This document shows, piece after piece, positions 29,597 to 51,308 of a stretch of DNA of 64,000 nucleotides. The stretch lies in assembly GCA_965368975.1 (NCBI GenBank), contig CBDUPA010000016.1:90712-154711 (forward strand). Direction: 5' to 3'. The DNA comes from an uncultured bacterium. GTDB taxonomy: Bacteria > Acidobacteriota > Thermoanaerobaculia > Multivoradales > JAHZIX01. Numbering within the stretch: the first letter of the stretch is position 1; each line of letters opens with the position of its first letter. Both the position numbers and the translations under genes were made by a program. Below the pieces are notes generated by a model, which worked only from the letters and a program-made list of their open reading frames with translations, made no database searches and was not told the DNA's origin.

Positions 29597-32335
29597 TTAC
29601 TTGCCGACCAGGCGGGTGGCGGCGGCCCGCACGTCCATGGCACCGAGCTTGAGTGTCGTGGCGCGCTCGAGGACGCGGCGGTAGAAGAGCGTTTTGAACT
29701 GGTGGATCGGCGCGAAGGCGCTGTCCACCGCGTGCGTGGCGTCGGTGATGATCGCCAGGTTACGGTCGAAGAAGATCTCGATGCTGTCGAGCATCTTGCG
29801 GCCCACCTTGCCCTTGGCCAGGAAGAAGGGCTTGGTGCCCGCCTTTCCGCCGACGCCGTGGCCCCAGGACCACTCGCGCCAGCGCCTGCGCACCTCGGGG
29901 TTGGGGTGGCGATCGAGCCGGCGAGCGGCGGCCTTGAGGGCTTTGTCGCTCTGTACGAAGTGGTAGGTCTCCTGGTCGAGGATCGACTTGTCGCGCACGG
30001 TGCCCGGCTTGCGTTTCTCGATCGCCTCCAGCGTCGTCTTGAGCGCTCTGCGTTCGAGCACCAGGATGCTGGGGTCGGGAGCGCCGCGCGCCGCCTCGCG
30101 CTCCTTGTGCGTGCGCCGCACCTCTTCCAGCGTGACCTCTTCGAGCAGCGTGCCGTGCGGGTCGCGCTTGAAGGTCTCTTGGATGTTGTCGGCGGTGCGG
30201 CCCTTGAAGCGCTTGGGGTACTTGCTCTGGAGGTGCAGGATGCCCTCGGGCGTCAGCGTGCCGTCGTTGTTCATCAGGCGGAAGGTCAGCTTGCAGGTGC
30301 TGCACGATAGGCGCATGCGCGCGCCGCCCTTGAGCAAGCGCGCCAGGCCGAGCGTGGCGGCGCTCATGGCGACATCGATCACGATCTTGCGCAGCGGTAC
30401 GGCGGCGCGCTGCAGGTGCTGCTGGGAGCGCTGGCTCAGCTCGCCCTTGTCGTTGCGCACCACGCGGCTGAGTTCCTTGCCGGCCTCGACCATGTGGCCA
30501 ATGGCGGAGGCCGAGCCCTGGATCGACAGCAGGTAGCCGGCCGCTTCGAGCAGGCCGCGCAGAATGCCGCCGACGGCCAGCGCCAGCGGGTGTTTCATGC
30601 GCAGCAGCAGCCACGACATGCCGTGGCCGGCGAGGAAGCCGATGAACATCGGCAGCGAGTCCTCGAACACCTGGATCGCTTCTTTGCTCAGACCCTTCTG
30701 CACTTCTTTGTTGACCAGCTCGACGTTGTCGAAGTACACCTCGGCGGCCTGGACCACCAGCAGGTTGGGATCGACGATGGTCTGGCGCAGCTTGGAGAAG
30801 ACGAAGCGCAGGCCCGGATCGTCGACGCGCAGGCCGAAGTCCTTGGCCAGCTCGGAGGGGGCGGTGGCCATGAAGCCGTCGTCGCGGTAGCCGATACCGG
30901 TCAGGCCCTCTAGTGGCTGGCCGAGGGCGTCGTAGTAGAGCAGGCCGCTCGACCGGTGGACGATGCCCAGCATCTTCTCGCCCTCGAAGCGGCCGACGCC
31001 GATGGCCAGCCGGTTGAGCACGGCATTCGGATTGCCGCGCAGGTACTGCTGGCCGAGCGTTTCCACCAGCGGTGCCAGCTGCGCCAGGCTATTGCCGCCG
31101 GCGGCGCGGAACTCGGCCACGGTCTGGGTGTAGAGGTTGGTCAGGGCACGGCGCACGGGACTGTTGCCAATGATGCGCTCGACTTCGGCGAACTCCAGTC
31201 CATCGCTGACGGCACGGTTGTCCTGGGCGCTGATCGGCCGTTGCAACAGGTGCTCGAGCAGGCTCAGGTAGTCCTGCGCGACCGCGGGTTCCTCGAGCAG
31301 CTTCCAGTCGCCACGCACGGGCATCGCGCGCTCGCCCATCTGCTGGTCGGTCGCTTCCAGGATGCGCTTGCGACTGGTTGTCTCTCGGGCGCCAGCGGAC
31401 AGCTTGCTCTGCGATAGGCCGAGTTCCTGGCGCAGGAAGGTGGCGAGTTCGTAGAGCAACATGAAGCTTGGGTCGTCCAGGCTCTCGATGTAGACGGCCA
31501 CCTCGGCATCGTTGTCGAAGTGCTGGTCGCCGGCGACCCAGCCGCGGTGCTTGGCGACCATGGCGTCTGCGAGCTTGGCGGCGCGTTCGGGGGAGGCGCC
31601 GAGCGTGCGGGCGTACTGGATGTAGCTCTCGCGGAAGGAGCCGTGCCAGGGGATGTCGAGCGGCGTCGGCTCGTCGTCTTTCTCTTCGGCGCGCTGGATC
31701 ACGAGCCCCGGAGCGGAGGCCTGTTGCAGCGCGTGGACGACTTCGTGGCCGAGCAAGCTCTGTCCCTGCCAGCTCTCAGGCTGGTAGGCGCCACGGCTAA
31801 AGGCGATGTGCGGCCCGACGGTGAAGGCACGCGCTCGCAGCCGCTGGGCGGCGGCTTCGGCGCTGGCGTCGGCGTGGATGCGGATGTGGGTCAGCGGTCG
31901 GCCGAGGCGGGTCTCGAACTGCCCGCGCACCGGATCGGGCAGCGCCTGGCCACTACCGGGGGTCCACGGGCGTCGGGTCTGGATTTCGTCGCGCGCCGCC
32001 GGAGCGGGAGAGCGATGGGCGGCGCGCGAAGCGAGCGTCGGGGCGAGCGGCTCGACCGTTGTACGAGAGTCGGGCGTGCGCGAACCAGCCAGCGTAGTTG
32101 CCAGCCGGCGCGCTTGCCGCTCGTGGTGCCCGTCCGGCGGCAGGATCGTCAGGCGGTGGAGGTCGATGGGCGGCGGTGGTGGCGTCGCACCGCCCGCGCG
32201 CGGCTCGGCGACCGCGCGTGGGGTCGCTGTCGCTCGATCCTGCTGCTGGACCTGCTCCTGGTGCTGGACCGTGTGTCGCCTGGTTGTTGCTTGCTCCGGC
32301 GCCGGGGCCTTGGCCGTCGTGCGTTGTCGTCCCAT
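29597..32335 (-). CDS. DUF4157 (eCIS-core) domain protein with putative C-terminal toxin domain
   Basis: GQALPDPVR..FE, ARAFTVGPHIAF and LLGHEVVHALQQ, then a hydrophobic segment and a basic C-terminal domain. Confidence 0.75.
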   Translation of the reverse strand: MGRQRTTAKAPAPEQATTRRHTVQHQEQVQQQDRATATPRAVAEPRAGGATPPPPPIDLHRLTILPPDGHHERQARRLATTLAGSRTPDSRTTVEPLAPTLASRAAHRSPAPAARDEIQTRRPWTPGSGQALPDPVRGQFETRLGRPLTHIRIHADASAEAAAQRLRARAFTVGPHIAFSRGAYQPESWQGQSLLGHEVVHALQQASAPGLVIQRAEEKDDEPTPLDIPWHGSFRESYIQYARTLGASPERAAKLADAMVAKHRGWVAGDQHFDNDAEVAVYIESLDDPSFMLLYELATFLRQELGLSQSKLSAGARETTSRKRILEATDQQMGERAMPVRGDWKLLEEPAVAQDYLSLLEHLLQRPISAQDNRAVSDGLEFAEVERIIGNSPVRRALTNLYTQTVAEFRAAGGNSLAQLAPLVETLGQQYLRGNPNAVLNRLAIGVGRFEGEKMLGIVHRSSGLLYYDALGQPLEGLTGIGYRDDGFMATAPSELAKDFGLRVDDPGLRFVFSKLRQTIVDPNLLVVQAAEVYFDNVELVNKEVQKGLSKEAIQVFEDSLPMFIGFLAGHGMSWLLLRMKHPLALAVGGILRGLLEAAGYLLSIQGSASAIGHMVEAGKELSRVVRNDKGELSQRSQQHLQRAAVPLRKIVIDVAMSAATLGLARLLKGGARMRLSCSTCKLTFRLMNNDGTLTPEGILHLQSKYPKRFKGRTADNIQETFKRDPHGTLLEEVTLEEVRRTHKEREAARGAPDPSILVLERRALKTTLEAIEKRKPGTVRDKSILDQETYHFVQSDKALKAAARRLDRHPNPEVRRRWREWSWGHGVGGKAGTKPFFLAKGKVGRKMLDSIEIFFDRNLAIITDATHAVDSAFAPIHQFKTLFYRRVLERATTLKLGAMDVRAAATRLVGK

Positions 32336-32378
32336 GTCGTGTCGCTGGTCGTGTCGCTTTCAGAAGGGGGACGTCAGC

Positions 32379-34109
32379 TCAGCGTAGTTGCCAGACCGCG
32401 CTGGCGCCTGCCGGCAGGTGCACCATCCAGGCGCCGCTCTGGCCAGTGGCGCTGACGCCGCCGTCCGGGTGCCCAGCCTCGGGTAGGTAGTCGTAGGTGT
32501 GGAACACCAGGTTGAGTGCCGAGGCCCCGAGGTCGAGCGGTCCTTCGTGCGCCTTCACCGCGCTCAAGTTGTGAGCCACCAGCAGCCGCTGGTCACCGTG
32601 TGTACGTAGGAAGATCAGGGCTTCCGACGCGCGCCCGGGATCGGTCAGCAGTTGCAGCTCGCCCTGCTGCAGCGCTGGCCAACTGTGGCGCAGGTGAATC
32701 AGGCGTCGGTGGTAGCCGAGCAGAGAGCCGAGGTCGTCGGTCTGTGCCGCGACGTTGGCTTCGGCACGGCCGGGGGCGAAGGCGTGCCACGGACGGCCGG
32801 TGGTGAAGCCTCCACCGCGGTTGCCGTCCCAGGCCATCGGCGTGCGGGTGTCCGGATCGCCCTCGCCGGTGACGCCGTCGTGCATGCCGAGCTCCTGGCC
32901 GTAGTAGAGAAAGGGGGTTCCCGGCAAGGTCAGCAAGATGGCGGCCGCTACTTGCAGCTTGGCTGTGTCGTCGCCCAATCGACGGGCCAGGCGCGCCCGA
33001 TCGTGATGGCTCAGGAAGGTGCCGGACAGCACGCCCGCGGGATAGTAGGTGCGGATCTCGTGCAGCGTCTGCGCGATGGGCCGCGGGTCACCCTGCCAGA
33101 CGGAACTGCCCACCGCGTCGGCGAGCGGGAAGTCGAGATGCATCGGTAGCGCGTAGCCGCGCGTGACGCCCGAGGTGTCGCCGTAGTAGGTGGCGATGAC
33201 CGGGGTCGAGGCCGGGGTCTCGCCGAGCAGCAGCGCGTCGGGGTGGTAGCTGCGGATTTCGGTGGAGAAGTCGCGCCAGAAGGCGTAGGTCTGCGGACGG
33301 TCGTTCTGTAGCGCCGCCGGGCCGCTGGCATGGATGTGCCGTGTCGCGGCCAGTCGCAGACCGTCGACGCCGCGATCGAGCCAGGTGCGTGCCAGTCGCT
33401 TGACCTCGGCGCGCGCGCCGGAGCTGTCGAAGTTGAGGTCCGGCATGCCGGCGCCGAAGAGGCCGTAGTAGTACGCACCGTTCGCCGCGTGCCAGGTGCT
33501 GCCGTTCTGCGCGCCCCAGGGCTGTTTCCAGCCCGGGTCGTCGTCGCGCCAGACGTACCAGTCGCGGTGCTCGGCCTCGGCACCGCTGGCACTGTCGACG
33601 AACCACGGATGCCGCCTGGAGGTGTGATTGATCGAGAAGTCGAGCACCACCTTGATGCCCCGCTCGTGCGCGGCGTCCAGGAAGTGCTGGAAATCTTCCA
33701 TCGTGCCGTAGTCCGGATCGATGGCTTCGTAGTCGATGGTGTCGTTGCCATGGGAACTCGCCGCCTCGAAGATCGGCATCAGGTACAGACCCTCGACGCC
33801 CAGGTCGGCGTCGGTTTCCGGGTCGCCATCGTTGAGGTAGTCGAGCTTGGCGATCAGGCCGTTGAAGTCGCCGATGCCATCGCCGTCCGAGTCGGCGAAG
33901 CTGCGCACGAAGACCTGGTAAAAGACGATGCCCTCGGCCCAGTCGAGGTCCCATTGGGGGATGTCGGGGTCGATGGCGGGCGCCGTCGTGGTGGCCTCTG
34001 GAGCCGGCGGCGTGCAAGCGCCCTGCAGCAGCAGGACGAGGGCGGCGCAGGTCAGCCTGGCGCCGGAAAGCAGCGTGCCGGTGCGGGACATCGACGTGGG
34101 TGCACCCAT
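32379..34109 (-). CDS. GH13 alpha-amylase-family lipoprotein, catalytic nucleophile apparently mutated
   Basis: Lipobox LQGAC; FYQVFVRSFADSDGDGIGD, DFSINHTS, DGLRLAA, GE, HD and GTPFLYYG motifs. Confidence 0.88.
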   Translation of the reverse strand: MGAPTSMSRTGTLLSGARLTCAALVLLLQGACTPPAPEATTTAPAIDPDIPQWDLDWAEGIVFYQVFVRSFADSDGDGIGDFNGLIAKLDYLNDGDPETDADLGVEGLYLMPIFEAASSHGNDTIDYEAIDPDYGTMEDFQHFLDAAHERGIKVVLDFSINHTSRRHPWFVDSASGAEAEHRDWYVWRDDDPGWKQPWGAQNGSTWHAANGAYYYGLFGAGMPDLNFDSSGARAEVKRLARTWLDRGVDGLRLAATRHIHASGPAALQNDRPQTYAFWRDFSTEIRSYHPDALLLGETPASTPVIATYYGDTSGVTRGYALPMHLDFPLADAVGSSVWQGDPRPIAQTLHEIRTYYPAGVLSGTFLSHHDRARLARRLGDDTAKLQVAAAILLTLPGTPFLYYGQELGMHDGVTGEGDPDTRTPMAWDGNRGGGFTTGRPWHAFAPGRAEANVAAQTDDLGSLLGYHRRLIHLRHSWPALQQGELQLLTDPGRASEALIFLRTHGDQRLLVAHNLSAVKAHEGPLDLGASALNLVFHTYDYLPEAGHPDGGVSATGQSGAWMVHLPAGASAVWQLR

Positions 34110-34348
34110 GGGACTCTCCTTCCTATTGAAGTATGGCAAAGAGCCTAGCACACGGCGGAAGGCCCGTGGCGTAAGGCCGGAGGCCGGGTAGGGGGTTGTG
34201 GTCGAGGGGGACAGCTGGTTGGCATTCCTCTGGGGGGGAGATACAATATCGTGGAGTTGTGTCGTGGCGCACGTGACAACGATTTATTTATGTTGTTCTG
34301 AATTTCCTGAGGAGCGAGTCCCCCTGACTGCCTGCGGTTGCCACCGGC

Positions 34349-46402
<12,054 letters not shown>

Positions 46403-46421
46403 ATCCGCAACCGAGGAACTC

Positions 46422-49400
46422 ATGAGTCGAGAGCAAGATCCACGTATTGCTGGCGAGGTCGCTGAGCAGGGCGTCTCCGAGCGCGATGTGGCCATCATCG
46501 GCCTGTCCTGCCGCTTTCCCGGCGCGCCGGACGCCGCCGCCTACTGGCGCATGCTGGAGAGTGGCACCGAGGCGGTGCGCGAGCTGAGCGACGAGGAACT
46601 GCTGGCGGCCGGCGTGCCACGGCGCGACCTGGCGCGGCCGGACTACGTCAAGGCGGCGAGCTGGATCGACGGCGTGGAGGAGTTCGACGCCGACTTCTTC
46701 GGCTATACGCCGCGCGAGGCCGAGATCCTGGACCCGCAGCAGCGCCTGTTCCTGGAGCACGCCTGGTGGGCGCTGGAGGACGCGGGCGTCGAGCCGGCGC
46801 GCTTCGATGGCCTAATCGGCGTCTACGCCGGCGTCGCCTGGAACACCTACTTGCTGTCCAACCTGATGAGCCACCGAGGCCTGTTCGACGGCGGCGGCGC
46901 CTTCCAGGTCTTCATCACCAACGACAAAGACTTCCTGCCCACGCGCGCCTCCTACAAGCTCGACCTCAAGGGGCCCAGCATGCTGGTGCAGACCAGCTGC
47001 TCGACGTCGCTGGTGGCCAGCCACCTGGCGTGCTTGTCGCTGCAGAATTACGAGTGCGACCTGGCGCTGGTCGGCGGCGTGACGGTGAAGGTGCCGCAGC
47101 GCGCCGGCTACTTCTACCTCGAGGGCGGTCTGGCGTCGCCGGACGGTCATTGCCGCAGCTTCGACGCCGAGGCCGCCGGTACGGTCTTCGGCAGCGGCAT
47201 CGGCGTGGTGGTGCTCAAGCGGCTGGCAGAGGCGCTCGAAGACGGCGACCCGATCCGCGCCGTCATCCGCGGTTCGGCGATCAACAACGACGGCTCGGTG
47301 AAGGTCAGCTACACGGCGCCCAGCGTCGAGGGCCAGGCCGAGGTGATCGCGGCGGCGCAGGAGCTGGCCGGGGTCGACGCCGAGACCATCCGCTACGTCG
47401 AATGCCACGGCACCGGCACCTCGCTGGGGGATCCGATCGAGGTGCGAGCGCTGAGCAAGGTCTTCAGGGCCTCGACGGACAAGCGTGGCTACTGCGCGCT
47501 CGGCTCGGTGAAGAGCAACGTCGGTCACCTGGATGCCGCCGCCGGTGTCGCGGGCCTGATCAAGACCACGCTGGCACTGCAGGCCCGGCGCATCCCGCCG
47601 ACGGTCAACTTCCAGACCCCCAATCCCGCCCTCGACCTGGAGGCCAGCCCGTTCTACATCGCGGCGCGGGCCGAGGACTGGAGCCCGATCGGCGCGCCCG
47701 ATGCGCCGCGCCGGGCGGGCGTCAGCTCCTTTGGCGTCGGCGGCACCAACGCGCACGTCATCCTGCAGGAGGCACCGCCGCCGCTGGTGGCCGAGGATGC
47801 GGTGCCGGCACGTCGTCGACAGTTGATCCTGCTGTCGGCGCGCTCGGGCGAGGCGTTGGAGAGCGCCTGCGCCAACCTACGGGCGCACCTGGAAGCGGGA
47901 GCTTCCAGCTCGGAGCCGGACTCGCAGAACGATCCGCTCAGCGAAGGCGAACTGGCGGACATTGCCTACACCCTGCACACCGGTCGCCGCACCTTCAGCC
48001 ACCGTCGAGCGATCGTCACCGGGGACGCCGAACAGCTCGTGCAGCAGCTGCGCCCAGCGGCCGAGGGTGGTGGCGGTAGCGGCGTGCTGAGCGCCGTCGA
48101 TCCCGACGAGCCCCGGCCGCGGCCGGTCGCTTTCCTGTTCTCCGGTCAGGGTAGCGTCTATCCCGGGTTGCTCCAGGGCCTGCTGGACGCCGCCGCCGGA
48201 GATGGCGCCGCCGAGGCGCTGCAGGAAGCCCTCGACGCTTGCGCCGAGATCCTGCACGGCGAGCCGGACCTGCTGCGCCTGCTCGATTCCGACACTCCCG
48301 CGGCCGAGCTGGAGCGCACGCGCCACGCCCAGCCCCTGCTGTTCGCCGTCGAATACGCGCTGGCGCGTCAGTGGCAAGCCTGGGGCGTCGAGCCGGCGGC
48401 GTTCCTCGGCCACTCGGTGGGTGAGTACGTCGCCGCTTGCCTGGCCGGGGTGATGGAACTCGAAGACGCGCTGACCCTGGTCGCCGCGCGCGGCCGGCTG
48501 ATGGATGCGCTGCCGGCCGGTGGCATGCTGGCCGTGCCGCTGCCCGAGGCCGAAGCGCTGGAGCTGGTCGAGCGGCTGCACCGGCAAGGGCACGTGGAGC
48601 TGGCGCTGGCGGCGGTCAACGAGCCGGGTCGCTGCGTCGTTGCCGGACCGGACGAGGCGATCGTGGCGTTCCAGGCGGAGTTGGCCACTCTGGACGGCAG
48701 CCCGGATGCCAGTTCGAACGGAAGCGCGGAAGGTCGGCCGCTGCACACCTCGCACGCCTTCCACTCGCCAATGATGGAGCCGGCGTGCGAGCCCTTGCGG
48801 CAGGTGCTGGCAGGCATCAGCCTGCAACCGCCCGAGATCCCCTTCGTTTCCAACCTGACCGGCACCTGGATCACCGACGAGCAGGCCACCGACCCGGACT
48901 ACTGGCTGCGTCACCTGCTCCAGCCGGTGCGCTTCGCCGATGGCGTCGGGACACTGCTGGAAGATCCGGCGCGCGTGCTGCTCGAAGTCGGTCCGGGCAA
49001 CGCCCTGGCGACCCTCGCCGGCCGCCACCCAGCGCGCACGCCACGCCAGCCAGTACTGCACTCCTTGCCGCATCCACGCCAGGCCGAGGAAGGGATCGAC
49101 GCCTTGGACGTGCTGCTCGAAGCCTACGGTGGCCTGTGGCTGGCCGGCCTCGACCTCGACGGCGAATTGCTCTACGACGGCCAGGCCCGCCGCCGTCGCT
49201 CGCTGCCCGGCTATCCGTTCCAGCGTCAGCGCTACTGGATCGAGTCGCAGTGGGATGTCATCGGTAGCGGTTCTTCCGACGCGGCCTCTTCCACGGCTTC
49301 TTCCAAGACTGGCGGCGGCGCCCTGCGCCAGCAGCCGGACGTCCAGGATTGGTTCTACCTGCCGAGCTGGCGCCCGGGTCGAGTCGCCGTTGGCGAGCCA

Positions 49401-51308
49401 GCCAGCTTGCCGGCGACCTGGCTCCTGGCCTTCGACGCGCCCCCCCTGTTGCCGGCGACCGAGCTGGAGGACGGGCTGCGCGCGCTGGGTGCGACGGTGG
49501 GCCGCCGCGCGCCGGGGCAGTCGTGGAAGGAGATTCTGCAAGCGGTCTTGACAGCGGTTCCGACCGAGACGGCGACGGACGAGGAACGAAGCCTGGGCGT
49601 GCTGCTCGCCACCCGCTCGCCCGACGAACTCGTGACCCTGGCGGCGGCGTTGTCGGAAGTCACGGCGGACGGACAGCGCCAGGTCGCGGTCGAGCTGTGG
49701 GTGCTGACCCAAGGCGCCGTCCTGCTGCCGGGAGCCCGTCCGACGGCCACACCGACCGAGGAGGCGGCCGACATCACCGTAGCGGCGCTCAGCGGCCTGC
49801 TGCGCGTGCTGCCACAGGAGCAGCCGGCGGTCCGCTGCCGTCTGCTCGACGTCGAAGCCGGCGTCACGGCACGCCAGGTGCTGGCCGAATTGCAGAGTGA
49901 GGACGACGCGGAACGGATCGCCCTGCGTCCTGGTGAGCGCTGGGTGGAAGCCTTCGAACCCGCGCCGTTGCCCTTGGTGCCGGAAGCTTCACAGCGGAGT
50001 GCCGCTCGCGACGTACTGCTCGTCGGGGCGCTGAGCGGCGAGGCCACCGGTGCCGCGCGCGTGCTGGCCGACAGCTTGCCCGAGGGCGGGCGGCTGTGGC
50101 TATTGCTGCCCACCGGCGGTGCGGCGGCCGAGGTCCGGATCGAGACCCAGCGGCGCCGGATCACCGAGCTGGCGGCGCGCCTGTCCGAGCGTGGCGGCAG
50201 CGTCGAGGCGCGCGAGGTCGAGCTGGGTGACGCCGAAGCGATCGAGGCGGTGTTGCGCGAGGCGGCTTCCTTCGACCACTTCGCCGGTTTCGCCACGGTG
50301 CTGCTGGCACCGCTGGCGGGTTCCCTGGTTGCCGGTTCCGAGGGCGGCGACTCCTCGAGTGGCGATCAGCCGGAACTGCGCACGCTGGCGGATCTGGGCG
50401 CCCGGTCGGCGTCGCCACGTCAAGGCTTGCAAGGTCAAGGCTTACGAGACCAAGGCTTGCAGGACGCTCTGCGGCCGATCCTGGACGTGGCGCACGCTCT
50501 CGACGCGGCGTTCTCGCGCTGGGTCCACTCGGCGGGGACCCAGCCGGAGGCCTGGCTGCTGACTTCGCTGGCCTCGCTGCTCGGCGGCCTGGCCTTCGGC
50601 GAACGCGCCGCCGCCGCTGCTGCGCTCGAAGCCTTCGCGCTCGCCCGCCGTCGCGCCGGGTCCGCGCTGTCCTGGCACAGCGCTGCGCTCGACGTCTGGC
50701 AGGTGGACGCCGCCACGACCTCCGGGGCGCCGCTCAACGAGCTGGCGATGACGCCGGCCCAGGGCGAAGACGTTCTGCGCCGGTTGCTGGTGCACGGCGC
50801 GTCGAGCGGCGACTGGTTGGTGTCGACCGGCGACCTGGCCGCCCGTCGCGTGCAGCGTCGTCGCGCCATCGACGATCACCGCGCTCTCGTCTTGGGTACG
50901 GGTACGGGTACGCAGGGCCAGGACGGTGGCACTGGCGCCGGGCGTCACGCGCGGCCCGACCTGCCAACTCCCTACGCGACACCGTCCAGCGACCTCGAAC
51001 GGCGCATCGTCGAGGTGTGGAGCCAGTTCCTGGGCTTCGAACAGATCGGTGCCGACGACAACTTCTTCGAGCTGGGCGGCGACAGTTTCATCGCCGTCCA
51101 AGTGACGACCCGCCTGCGCCAGGTGCTCGGCGCCGACCTGCCAGTGGCGCGTCTTTACCAGGGGGTGACGCCGCGCGCGCTGGCGCGCCTGCTGGAGAGC
51201 GAGGAAGCCCAGCAGGAGCAGCGTCAGGAACGGCTGGAAGAGAAGCGAGAAGTCGCGCGCGACCGGCGTGCCCTGCTGGAACAACGCCGACGAGCCAAGA
51301 AGCGATGA
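46422..51308 (+). CDS. Type I PKS 2: KS-AT-degenerate KR-ACP
   Basis: TSCSTS, HGTGT, NVGHL, GHSVG/HAFH and GGDSF motifs. The KR lacks GxGxxG and the catalytic Tyr. ATG follows a GAGGA RBS. Confidence 0.92.
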   Translation: MSREQDPRIAGEVAEQGVSERDVAIIGLSCRFPGAPDAAAYWRMLESGTEAVRELSDEELLAAGVPRRDLARPDYVKAASWIDGVEEFDADFFGYTPREAEILDPQQRLFLEHAWWALEDAGVEPARFDGLIGVYAGVAWNTYLLSNLMSHRGLFDGGGAFQVFITNDKDFLPTRASYKLDLKGPSMLVQTSCSTSLVASHLACLSLQNYECDLALVGGVTVKVPQRAGYFYLEGGLASPDGHCRSFDAEAAGTVFGSGIGVVVLKRLAEALEDGDPIRAVIRGSAINNDGSVKVSYTAPSVEGQAEVIAAAQELAGVDAETIRYVECHGTGTSLGDPIEVRALSKVFRASTDKRGYCALGSVKSNVGHLDAAAGVAGLIKTTLALQARRIPPTVNFQTPNPALDLEASPFYIAARAEDWSPIGAPDAPRRAGVSSFGVGGTNAHVILQEAPPPLVAEDAVPARRRQLILLSARSGEALESACANLRAHLEAGASSSEPDSQNDPLSEGELADIAYTLHTGRRTFSHRRAIVTGDAEQLVQQLRPAAEGGGGSGVLSAVDPDEPRPRPVAFLFSGQGSVYPGLLQGLLDAAAGDGAAEALQEALDACAEILHGEPDLLRLLDSDTPAAELERTRHAQPLLFAVEYALARQWQAWGVEPAAFLGHSVGEYVAACLAGVMELEDALTLVAARGRLMDALPAGGMLAVPLPEAEALELVERLHRQGHVELALAAVNEPGRCVVAGPDEAIVAFQAELATLDGSPDASSNGSAEGRPLHTSHAFHSPMMEPACEPLRQVLAGISLQPPEIPFVSNLTGTWITDEQATDPDYWLRHLLQPVRFADGVGTLLEDPARVLLEVGPGNALATLAGRHPARTPRQPVLHSLPHPRQAEEGIDALDVLLEAYGGLWLAGLDLDGELLYDGQARRRRSLPGYPFQRQRYWIESQWDVIGSGSSDAASSTASSKTGGGALRQQPDVQDWFYLPSWRPGRVAVGEPASLPATWLLAFDAPPLLPATELEDGLRALGATVGRRAPGQSWKEILQAVLTAVPTETATDEERSLGVLLATRSPDELVTLAAALSEVTADGQRQVAVELWVLTQGAVLLPGARPTATPTEEAADITVAALSGLLRVLPQEQPAVRCRLLDVEAGVTARQVLAELQSEDDAERIALRPGERWVEAFEPAPLPLVPEASQRSAARDVLLVGALSGEATGAARVLADSLPEGGRLWLLLPTGGAAAEVRIETQRRRITELAARLSERGGSVEAREVELGDAEAIEAVLREAASFDHFAGFATVLLAPLAGSLVAGSEGGDSSSGDQPELRTLADLGARSASPRQGLQGQGLRDQGLQDALRPILDVAHALDAAFSRWVHSAGTQPEAWLLTSLASLLGGLAFGERAAAAAALEAFALARRRAGSALSWHSAALDVWQVDAATTSGAPLNELAMTPAQGEDVLRRLLVHGASSGDWLVSTGDLAARRVQRRRAIDDHRALVLGTGTGTQGQDGGTGAGRHARPDLPTPYATPSSDLERRIVEVWSQFLGFEQIGADDNFFELGGDSFIAVQVTTRLRQVLGADLPVARLYQGVTPRALARLLESEEAQQEQRQERLEEKREVARDRRALLEQRRRAKKR

